Origin: Candidatus Eiseniibacteriota bacterium
Lineage (GTDB): Bacteria; Eisenbacteria; RBG-16-71-46
Assembly (NCBI GenBank): GCA_963707915.1
Contig: OY970178.1
Coordinates: 224,001 to 288,000 of the forward strand
DNA length: 64,000 bases
Direction: 5' to 3'
This document shows positions 20,631-28,713 of this stretch, one piece after another. The notes under the pieces were generated by a model. That model ran no database searches, had not been told where the DNA came from, and was given only the letters and a program-made list of their open reading frames with translations. Both the position numbers and the translations under genes were made by a program. Each line of letters opens with the position of its first letter. The stretch's first letter is position 1.

Positions 20631-23105
20631 TCACCTCGTATAGTCGGCACCCTGCTCCTGGAACTTTAGCTCCTCCTGGCGCGGCCCGGGCGACGGGCGG
20701 GCGGCCTGGGTCAACTGCTTGAGCACCACGACGGTCACGTCGTCGAGGGGTTGGTCGGTGAAGGCCTGGACCTCGGCCAGCAGCACCCGCAGGATCTCGG
20801 CCGCCCCCTTGCGGGCATTGGCCTCGAGTGCGCGGCGGACCCCCTCGGTGCCGAACTCCTCGTTGCCGCGCCGGGCCTCGGTCAGCCCGTCCGAGTAGAG
20901 CACCAGGATGTCGCCGGCCTCCAACTCGACGCTGTAGTCCTCGTACTGCGCCCGGGGAGCGACCCCGAGCAGGACGCCGCTCTGGCTCAACTCCTCGAAG
21001 CGGCCGTCGCGCCGTCGCAGCAGCGGCGGCGTGAGCCCCGCGTTGGCGAAGGTGAGCCGGGCGGGCCGCACGTCGACCCGGGCGCAGAGCAGGGCCACGA
21101 ACGCCTCCGGCTGGTTCAGCGCCACCAGGTCGCGGTTGAGGGCGGAGAGCAGCTTGCCGGGGGGGACGCCCTGGCGCGCCCGGTCGCGGAAGGCGGCGTG
21201 CGCCCAGGTCCCCATGAGCGCGGCGGGGATGCCCTTGCCGGCCGCGTCGCCCACCGCCAGCGTCACCACCGGGCCGGGGCTGCGAACGAAATCGTAGTAG
21301 TCGCCCCCGATCGACTCCGAGGAGAGCGCGGCGGCGGCGCAGTCGAGCGAGCGGAACACGGGCACGCGCCGCGGCAGCAGGTGCGCCTGGATGGCGCCGG
21401 CCCTGGAGAGTTCGCGACCCATCGAGCCGTGCGTGGTCGCCGCCGCGCGCAGGCGCGCGTTCTCGAGCAGCACCGCGAGGTGCCCCGAGAAGCGCTTCAG
21501 CTCGCGCTGCTCCTCGAGACCGAACCACGAGCCGCCCAGGCGCCGGCCCAGCAGCAGGCAATGCCGCAAGGTCCCGCCCACGGGCAGCAGCCACGCCACG
21601 CCCGAGCGCTCGAGCGCACGACGGTCGGGCGCCCGCAGGCGCAGCTCTTCGAGCGCCAGGACCCCGCCGCTCTCGGGCAGGGCGGCGGTGAAGTCGGTGT
21701 CCGGCGGGGGCACCGCGGTCGTCCCGGTCCGCCCGGCGGTGCGCAGCATCCCGCCGCGGGCGAGCTCGAGCGCCACGCAGCCCTCGAGGTGGAACGCCTC
21801 GGCCAGCGCCTCACAGGCGGCCCTGGCGACGTGGGCCGGGTCGTCGCGGTGCGCGGTGATCCGGCCGTCCAGCCGCTCGGTGGCGGTGGCCTCGTCGGGC
21901 ACGAAGCGCTGCCCGAGCGTGCGCAGCCAGCGGCTGGTCGGGCCGGCCACCGCGGCGGTGAGGGCCACGAAGGCCAGGCCGCCGCCGGCGAGACCGGAGC
22001 CCAGGTCCTGCCGCCATGCCCCGCCGAGCCACTCGCCGGCCATGTACACGGTCGCACCCACGATGGCCAGGGCGACGAGCACGACGCCGACGCGCAGGGC
22101 CACCCTGAACTCGAACACCCGGTGGACGGCCGTGGCCCAGGCGAAGGAGGCGGGCACGAGCAGGGTGAGGAGCACGGCGAGTCGCTCGCCCGGGGCGGGA
22201 CCGCCCGGCGAGAGATTGCGCACCGCGACCAGGGCGGCGAAGGGCAGTGCGCCGAGCATGGTTCCCGCCAGCGCGACGCGCAGGCGCCGTCGCGCGTCGG
22301 TGGTGGCCGCGCGACGATAGGAACCCGCGAACAGGACGAGCGCCGCCAGCAGGCCGAGCGCGAACCACAGGCCGGCGACGCCTTCGATCAACGCCTGCGC
22401 GGCGTCGGCCGGGGCCGGGAACACGGGCTCGGCCAGCATGATGAGGAACGACGCGCCGAAGAGCCCGGTGGCGATCCCGTAGGCGATGGAGGTGGCCGAT
22501 CGTAGGCGGCCCCGCGGCTGCCCCGATTCGGGGAACAGCGCGAAGAAGTGGATGAAGAGCGCGGGAAGGTAGAGCCCCACGCCGGTGTAGAGCGAATCGT
22601 AGAGCGCGCCCGAGGCCGCGCTGCTCAGGCGCGGCGGCGGGGCCAGCAGCCAGGCGAAGGCCACGCACAGGAGGAAGAAGGTGCGCGCCAGGCGATCGCG
22701 CCGCTCGCTCCAGACCCAGCCGCCGATCAGCACGAACCCCGACGCCACCGCCAGCAGGGCGGCCATCATGCGCCGCTCACCCTGGGGCAGGGGCTCGGGG
22801 ACCAGGCGGATGATGGCGATGCTGCTCCCGCGCTCGCGCAACAGGTCCATGGGTTGGCCCGGGGCCGTGTAGGCGAGCGGCGAGCGGGTGAACGGCGGTT
22901 GGCCGCTCAGGGGCAGCAACTGGTCGCCGTGGGCGAGCCCGGCACGCTCGGCGGGGCCGCCGGGGACCACGGCCGCCACGCGGTCGCCGCGCAGCACGAG
23001 TCCGGCGTAGGGCTGGTGGGGAAGGCTCAGGGCCGACAGGATCAGCCCGGTGGTGACCGGCACCAGCAACCAGGACAGGAGGGGTGACGAAGTGCCGCGA
23101 TCCAT
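20631..23105 (-). CDS. Membrane sensor PP2C/SpoIIE phosphatase (PDZ, multi-TM, GAF-like, SpoIIE)
   Basis: PGGPAERAGL.HGD PDZ signature, hydrophobic helices, IGGDYYDF, VGDAAGKG, FANAG, LYSDGLTE, DDVTVVVL. Confidence 0.88.
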   Translation of the reverse strand: MDRGTSSPLLSWLLVPVTTGLILSALSLPHQPYAGLVLRGDRVAAVVPGGPAERAGLAHGDQLLPLSGQPPFTRSPLAYTAPGQPMDLLRERGSSIAIIRLVPEPLPQGERRMMAALLAVASGFVLIGGWVWSERRDRLARTFFLLCVAFAWLLAPPPRLSSAASGALYDSLYTGVGLYLPALFIHFFALFPESGQPRGRLRSATSIAYGIATGLFGASFLIMLAEPVFPAPADAAQALIEGVAGLWFALGLLAALVLFAGSYRRAATTDARRRLRVALAGTMLGALPFAALVAVRNLSPGGPAPGERLAVLLTLLVPASFAWATAVHRVFEFRVALRVGVVLVALAIVGATVYMAGEWLGGAWRQDLGSGLAGGGLAFVALTAAVAGPTSRWLRTLGQRFVPDEATATERLDGRITAHRDDPAHVARAACEALAEAFHLEGCVALELARGGMLRTAGRTGTTAVPPPDTDFTAALPESGGVLALEELRLRAPDRRALERSGVAWLLPVGGTLRHCLLLGRRLGGSWFGLEEQRELKRFSGHLAVLLENARLRAAATTHGSMGRELSRAGAIQAHLLPRRVPVFRSLDCAAAALSSESIGGDYYDFVRSPGPVVTLAVGDAAGKGIPAALMGTWAHAAFRDRARQGVPPGKLLSALNRDLVALNQPEAFVALLCARVDVRPARLTFANAGLTPPLLRRRDGRFEELSQSGVLLGVAPRAQYEDYSVELEAGDILVLYSDGLTEARRGNEEFGTEGVRRALEANARKGAAEILRVLLAEVQAFTDQPLDDVTVVVLKQLTQAARPSPGPRQEELKFQEQGADYTR

Positions 23106-23258
23106 GCGGACCTCCCGGTGCGGTTCGTGGGCCGATGCGGTGTCGGGGCGGACTTGCGCGGCCGGCGCCACGTACAGACCGTGACAGGCTACCAACCGCC
23201 GGACGCCTGTCAATGCCTCATTTGCGCCGGTCGAGGGTCCCCGGGCGCGGCGCCGCGA

Positions 23259-24155
23259 CTAACTGCCGGACTCGACGCGCCGCTTGAGGATCTCCCAGCG
23301 CGCGTCCACCTCGTGCTGGAGCTGCCGCTCCTGCCCGGGAGCCAGGCCCGCAAAGCGGCCCTGGCGGCGGAAGCAGGGTGCGACCGGGTCGCCGGGGTGG
23401 TCGGCGGTGAGACGCCAGAGCTGCCCCTTCTCGACCTCGAAGAGCGGGAACAGGCGGGTCCGCACCGCCTGGCGCGCCAGGTCGATGGTCTCGTCATCGG
23501 AGATCCTCCAGCCCGGCGGGCAGGGCGCGAGGACGTGCAGGAACCTCGTGCCGCGGATGGCCCTGGCCTTCTGCACCTTCTCGACGAGGTCCACCGGGTG
23601 GGAGACCGAGGCGGTCGCCGCGTAGGGGATGCGGTGCGCGGCGAGGATGCCGACCAGGTCCTTCCCGAGGTGGGATGCCGGCGGGCCGGCCGGCCTGCCG
23701 GCACCTCGCATGCCCCACGGCAGGGCCGGGGAGCAATCGATCCCGGTGGCCATCCCGGCCTCGTCGTCGTGGCAGACGTAGAGGATGTCCTCGTTGCGCT
23801 CCGCCGCGCCCGACAGGGCCTGCAGTCCGGCACCGGAGGTGTCGCCGACATCCGCCCAGGCCAGCACGGTCGTGTCGCGATCGCCCCGCGCATCGAGCGC
23901 GGCACGGATGCCCGCGGCCGTGGCGGCGGCGGCCCCCGGTGCCATGCGCAGGTGCGGCACACCCAGCGCCGACATCGGCGCCGGGCCGGGGAGGACGGTC
24001 CAGCAGCACTCCGGCAGCGTGACGACGGTCTTCGGGCCGAGGGCCTTGAGCACGAGCCGCATGGCGATGCTGCCGCCGCAGCCCGGGCAGCCCACGTGCC
24101 CGGACGCCAACAGCTCGACGGCCGGGATGCTGTCCTTGATGACCGGCTGGCTCAC
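23259..24155 (-). CDS. 2-oxoacid:ferredoxin oxidoreductase beta subunit-like protein with degenerate TPP motif
   Basis: GHVGCPGCG, PECCW, QALSGAAER, HRIPYAATAS and APCPPGW are kept; GDG and DNEAYMNTG appear as ADVGD and DDEAGMATG. GTG start overlaps the alpha stop. Confidence 0.85.
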   Translation of the reverse strand: MSQPVIKDSIPAVELLASGHVGCPGCGGSIAMRLVLKALGPKTVVTLPECCWTVLPGPAPMSALGVPHLRMAPGAAAATAAGIRAALDARGDRDTTVLAWADVGDTSGAGLQALSGAAERNEDILYVCHDDEAGMATGIDCSPALPWGMRGAGRPAGPPASHLGKDLVGILAAHRIPYAATASVSHPVDLVEKVQKARAIRGTRFLHVLAPCPPGWRISDDETIDLARQAVRTRLFPLFEVEKGQLWRLTADHPGDPVAPCFRRQGRFAGLAPGQERQLQHEVDARWEILKRRVESGS

Positions 24156-25321
24156 GACTGCACCCCCACCCAGATGTCCTCGCGCTCGCCCGCCGCGGGG
24201 CGCTTCGCCGCGGTGCGCGCGCGTTCGATGCATTCGAGGACCGCCGCGCGGCCGGCGTCGCGGCCGCCCGGCCCGACGAGGCAGCCCTGGACTGAGGGGC
24301 GATGCGCGCCGTCGGCATCGTACAGGGCCGCGCGGGTCTCCCCGGCGAGGATGCCGCCGTGCCCGGGCGAGAAGTCGCGGTCGAGCACGACGACCTGCGG
24401 GGTGCCGGCGAGCGCGGTACGGAGCGCGGCGGCGGGGAAGGGGCGGAAGAGGCGCACCTTCACCAGCCCGACCTGCTCGCCCCGGGCGCGCAGCTCGTCC
24501 ACCACCTCGCGAGCCGCCGAGGCGACGGTGCCCGACACCACCAGCACCAGGTCCGCGCCCTCCGCCTGGTAGCTCTCGACGGCGCCGTAGCGCCGTCCGA
24601 AGCGGCGGCCCCAGTCCTCGTCCACGGCGGCGAGCGTCGCGAGCGCCTCCGCCATCGCCTGCTGGTGGCGATGCCGCTCCTCCGTGCCGGGCGCGGGGGG
24701 GACCAGCGGGCGGAGGCCATCGGCGTCTTTGGCGCCCGGCGGCCCGGCGCGGCGCCCCGGCAGGAAGGCATCCACGTCGGCCGGCTCGGGGACGACCACC
24801 GGGCCCTTGGCGGACGCGGCCGGGACGGCATCCAGGACGACCATGACCGGCAATTGCACGTTCTCGGCCAACTTGAAGGCCTGGATCGTGGAGTCGAGCG
24901 CTTCCTGGCCGCTCTCGCAGTGGATCTGGATCCAGCCGGTGTCGCGCTGCGCGAGGCCGCGGTCCGGCTCGGTCCACGCCACCCGGCCTCTTACCGAGGC
25001 GCCAGGGACGCTGGCCATCACGATCGGCAGCCGGGCCGCGGCCGCCCGGATCAGCAGCTCGTGCATGAGGGCCAGGCCCGGCGCCGAGGTCGCCGCGAAG
25101 GTGCGGGCCCCCGCGAACGACGCGCCGATGCTCGCCGCCAGGGCCGATGCGTCCGACTCGGCCCGGACCAGGCGCGCCTTCAGCTCCCCGGCCGCGCACC
25201 GCTCGCTCAACGACTCCAGGAGCACGGCCTGGGGCATGGCCGGGCAGGCCGCGACGACCTCGGCGCGAGCCAACTGCACGCCCCACGAGAAGGCCTGGCT
25301 GCCGGTGATGGCCGGCTTCAC
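24152..25321 (-). CDS. 2-oxoacid:ferredoxin oxidoreductase alpha subunit-like protein with degenerate active-site motifs
   Basis: GARTFAATS..GLALMHE, RDTGWIQ and VGLVKVRLFRPFP are kept; YPITP appears as CPAMP, ESEH as ESDA, NRA as SVP. GTGA overlap at both ends. Confidence 0.85.
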   Translation of the reverse strand: MKPAITGSQAFSWGVQLARAEVVAACPAMPQAVLLESLSERCAAGELKARLVRAESDASALAASIGASFAGARTFAATSAPGLALMHELLIRAAAARLPIVMASVPGASVRGRVAWTEPDRGLAQRDTGWIQIHCESGQEALDSTIQAFKLAENVQLPVMVVLDAVPAASAKGPVVVPEPADVDAFLPGRRAGPPGAKDADGLRPLVPPAPGTEERHRHQQAMAEALATLAAVDEDWGRRFGRRYGAVESYQAEGADLVLVVSGTVASAAREVVDELRARGEQVGLVKVRLFRPFPAAALRTALAGTPQVVVLDRDFSPGHGGILAGETRAALYDADGAHRPSVQGCLVGPGGRDAGRAAVLECIERARTAAKRPAAGEREDIWVGVQS

Positions 25322-27156
25322 GGCCGCTCCTCGAGCATGACCCTGGCGCCGCGCGGGCACTCCGCCACGCACAGGCCACAGCCCTTGCAGCACTGCTCGG
25401 AGAGGAGGACGCCGTGCCCGCCCGGGTTGCGCTGGATGGCCCGGTCGGGGCAGAAGGCGAGACACAGCTCGCACTCGTTGCAGACCCCGCATTCGAAGCA
25501 GCGGCGCGCCTCGGCGAGCGCCTCGTTGGCGGTGAGGCCGAGGTTGGCCTCGGCGAAGGTGGTGCGGCGCTCTTCGAAGGAACGGTGCCGGTCGGGCTTG
25601 CCGGGCACGCTCTTGAAGTGCGCCAGGTTGAGGCGCTCGAGCGGCACCACCTCGTTCACCGCGCCGGCGCGGCGCACCGGGTCGTCCCCCCGCCAGCGGG
25701 TGACGCTGAAGTTGCCGGTGCCGCCGTAGCGCAGCGCCCTCGATTCGACCTCGGGGAGGGTCTCGCCCGCCTTCCCGCGCAGGTAGCGGTCGATGCCGAT
25801 GGCCGCCCGCTTGCCCGAGCCGAGCGAGTGCGCCACGGTGCGGGTCTCGCCGGTGACGTCGCCCCCGGCGAAGAAGCCGGCGTGATTGGTGCTCCCGAAC
25901 TCGTCCACCTTGACGACGTAGCCCTTGCGCGTGATCTCCGCCGGCAGGAAGTCCAGGTCCGGCTCCTCGCCCAGCGCGGTGAGCAGGGTGTCCGCCGGGA
26001 GGACGAAGTTGCTGCCCGGGACCGGCAGCGCGCGACGTTCGCCGGATAGGCCCGCTTCGGCGGCGCGGGTGCGCATGCACTCGACGCCCACCAGGCGCGC
26101 CCGCGGCCGGTCGCGCTCGCTCTCGACGTACATGACGCGGATGGCCTCGATCGCCTCCTCCTGCTCGGCGTGCCCGGAGGTCTGCACGGCCACCGGCCAG
26201 GCCTCGAACTCGAAGCGGACGCCTTCGCGGACGGCCTCCTCGTAGGCCTCCGTGCTGGCCGAAAGGTCGGCGCGCGTGCCGTGGCAGACCACCACCGGCT
26301 CCGCGCCGAGCCGCAGCGCGGTGCGGGCGCAGTCCACCGCCGTGTCGGTGCCGCCGACCACCACGACCCGGTGCCCGACGGTGCCGCGGTCGGCGACCTT
26401 CGCCTCGCGCAGGAACTCGAGACCGGGCCGGACGTCCGCGGGGTCCTGGCCGGCGACCTCGAACGGCCGGTTCACGCGCGCGCCGCTCGCCAGGAAGATG
26501 GCGTCGTAGGCATCCATGTCCTTCCACGAGAGGTCTCCGCCGACGCGCACGCCACAGCGGATGGCGACTCCCTGCGAGCGGATGCGCTCGATCTCCCTCG
26601 CCAGCACCTCGCGGGGCAGGTGGTACTCGGGAATGCCGTAGCGCAGCGCCCCTCCCGGCTCGGGCTCGGCCTCGAACACCTCGACCGCGTAGCCGAGTCG
26701 GGCCAGGTGATACCCACAGGACAGGCCGGCCGGGCCCGAGCCCACGATGGCCACCCGCTCCCTGCGGGTGCGCGCCGGGATGGGCGCGTGGGCCTCGGGT
26801 TCGAGGTCGCCCAGCATGCGTTCGACCGCGTGGATGTTCACCGCCTCGTCGAAGAGCGCACGGTTGCAGGCGGACTGGCAGGGATGGTCGCAGACCCGCC
26901 CGCTGACCGCCGGCATCGGGTTCTCGCGCAGCAGCAGGTCGCGGGCCTCCACCACCCGGCCCTCGCGCAGCAGGTTCATGGCGCCCTCGATGTCCGCGCC
27001 GACCGGGCAGGCGGCGTTGCAGGGAGCGACCATGTCATGGTGGGCGGGCCGGTAGCGCTTCGGCTCGACGGCGCGCTTCGCGACGGCCGGGTCGGCGGCC
27101 GCGGAGACGGACGGCTCGCCCTTCCGGTTGCCGCGCCCGGCCTGATCGTCGCTCAA
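25318..27156 (-). CDS. GltD/NfnB-like Fe-S flavoprotein fused to a 2x[4Fe-4S] ferredoxin (PFOR delta-like)
   Basis: PCNAACP, GRVCDHPCQSACNR, VGSGPAGLS, GGALRYGIP, FAGGD, CFECGVCNECELCLAFCPD and CKGCGLCVAECP; TTG start chosen from GGAGGT RBS. Confidence 0.85.
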   Translation of the reverse strand: MSDDQAGRGNRKGEPSVSAAADPAVAKRAVEPKRYRPAHHDMVAPCNAACPVGADIEGAMNLLREGRVVEARDLLLRENPMPAVSGRVCDHPCQSACNRALFDEAVNIHAVERMLGDLEPEAHAPIPARTRRERVAIVGSGPAGLSCGYHLARLGYAVEVFEAEPEPGGALRYGIPEYHLPREVLAREIERIRSQGVAIRCGVRVGGDLSWKDMDAYDAIFLASGARVNRPFEVAGQDPADVRPGLEFLREAKVADRGTVGHRVVVVGGTDTAVDCARTALRLGAEPVVVCHGTRADLSASTEAYEEAVREGVRFEFEAWPVAVQTSGHAEQEEAIEAIRVMYVESERDRPRARLVGVECMRTRAAEAGLSGERRALPVPGSNFVLPADTLLTALGEEPDLDFLPAEITRKGYVVKVDEFGSTNHAGFFAGGDVTGETRTVAHSLGSGKRAAIGIDRYLRGKAGETLPEVESRALRYGGTGNFSVTRWRGDDPVRRAGAVNEVVPLERLNLAHFKSVPGKPDRHRSFEERRTTFAEANLGLTANEALAEARRCFECGVCNECELCLAFCPDRAIQRNPGGHGVLLSEQCCKGCGLCVAECPRGARVMLEERP

Positions 27157-27549
27157 ACCGCACCTCCCGGTCACCGGTCCTCGCCGCTCCCCGCGCCACC
27201 CGGCGGGCGGATGCGATCCGCCGGCCGAGGGGGCTTCCTGGTGAAAGACCCCCACGAGCGCATGGTTCGTGCCAGCGCGGCCACGGATGGTCGTGGCCTG
27301 GCCACGCCGGGAACCCGCTCCGGGAAGGCCGAATCCGCGCGCCTTGTGCCGGGGTCCCGGCCGCCGGGCGCGACCCCGTCGGGCCGCCCCGCTGCCAACC
27401 TGTCAGGCCGATGGCTCGGGCTGTCAGCCTTCTGCCGGCGTCTGCGACGGTGCGGACCGGGAGCGGCGCCCGGGGTTTGCACCTGGCCGGGTGGCCGCCT
27501 AGAGTGGATTCTCAGGGCCGCAAGCGGGCTCTGCGTCATCGGAGAGGCC

Positions 27550-28143
27550 ATGATCGCGTTCACCGAGGCAGCACGCCGGAAGGTCCTCGAGCTGCTGGCC
27601 GGCGAGGGTCGCCAGGGCTCGGCCCTGCGGTTCTCCATCAGCGGCCGCATGGGCGGCGTCTTCCAGTACCGGCTGGCCTTCGTGAAGCCGGACGAGCGCG
27701 ATCCGGGCGACATCCTCCAGGATGCCGGTGGCTTCCAGGTCGTGATGGACGCGCGCAGCGCGCCCCACCTCGACGGCACCGCCGTGGACTACGTCGAGGC
27801 CCCGTCGCACAGCGGGTTCAAGATCGACAACCCCAACCCGCTGTGGGCCGACCCGCTGGCGTCCGGGGTCCAGCGGCTCATCGACGAGGAGATCAACCCG
27901 GCCCTGGCCTCGCACGGCGGCTTCGTGCACCTGCTGGAGCTGCGCGAGGGCGTGGCCCACGTCGAACTCGGTGGCGGTTGCCAGGGCTGCGGGATGGCGC
28001 ACGTCACGCTCAAGCGGGGCATCGAGGCCCGCATCCGCGAGGCCTTCCCCGAGGTCCTCGAGGTGCTGGACGCGACCGACCACGCTGGCGGAGCGAAGCC
28101 CTACTTCCGCGGCTCGGAGTCCCGCGAGTCGCCCTACGCCTGA
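27550..28143 (+). CDS. nfuA: Fe-S biogenesis protein NfuA (degenerate A-type domain plus NifU C-terminal domain)
   Basis: IAFTEAA, GFKIDNPN, INPALASHGG, GGGCQGC, TLKRGIE, DATDH. Confidence 0.88.
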   Translation: MIAFTEAARRKVLELLAGEGRQGSALRFSISGRMGGVFQYRLAFVKPDERDPGDILQDAGGFQVVMDARSAPHLDGTAVDYVEAPSHSGFKIDNPNPLWADPLASGVQRLIDEEINPALASHGGFVHLLELREGVAHVELGGGCQGCGMAHVTLKRGIEARIREAFPEVLEVLDATDHAGGAKPYFRGSESRESPYA

Positions 28144-28195
28144 ATCGCATCGGGACGGGGCGCATCGGAACCGTCCCCATCAACCAGGAGGCGAC

Positions 28196-28621
28196 ATGCA
28201 GCGCAAGGCGACCGCGGTGTGGAACGGCGGGCTGAAGGACGGCAAGGGCACGATGTCGGGCGAGAGCCGGGGCTTCCACGACCTGCCCTACGACTTCCGC
28301 AAGCGCTTCGAGAATGACCCGGGCACGAACCCGGAAGAGTTGATCGCCGCCGCCCACGCGGGCTGTTTCTCCATGGCGCTCTCGGCCGAGCTGGGCAAGG
28401 CCGGCCTCGTCCCGGAGAGCATCCGCACCACGGCCGGCGTCACCCTGGAGATGCTGGCGACCGGCCCGACGGTCACGACCATCCACCTCGACGTGGCGGC
28501 CCGCGTTCCCGGCGCCAGCGCCACGGCCTTCGAGCAGGCCGCCCAGGCCGCGAAGGCGGGCTGCCCGATCTCGCGGCTGCTCCAGGCCGCGACCATCACC
28601 ATGACGGCGAAGCTCGAGTAG
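28196..28621 (+). CDS. osmC: OsmC family peroxiredoxin
   Basis: RKATAVWNGGLKDGKG, GTNPEELIAAAHAGCFSMALS, AKAGCPISR; AGGAGG RBS. Confidence 0.93.
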   Translation: MQRKATAVWNGGLKDGKGTMSGESRGFHDLPYDFRKRFENDPGTNPEELIAAAHAGCFSMALSAELGKAGLVPESIRTTAGVTLEMLATGPTVTTIHLDVAARVPGASATAFEQAAQAAKAGCPISRLLQAATITMTAKLE

Positions 28622-28662
28622 CCGGCCCGGCGGGCGCGCCGTGCTTGCGGCGCCGACAGCGA

Positions 28663-28690
28663 GGCCCCGTTCCCTGCCGGGAGCGGGGCC
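28663..28690. terminator. Hairpin between convergent osmC and Omp85-family genes
   Basis: GGCCCCGTTCCC-TGCC-GGGAGCGGGGCC stem-loop. Confidence 0.55.
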
Positions 28691-28713
28691 CTGCCTTGAG
28701 TACGGCCAGGACT

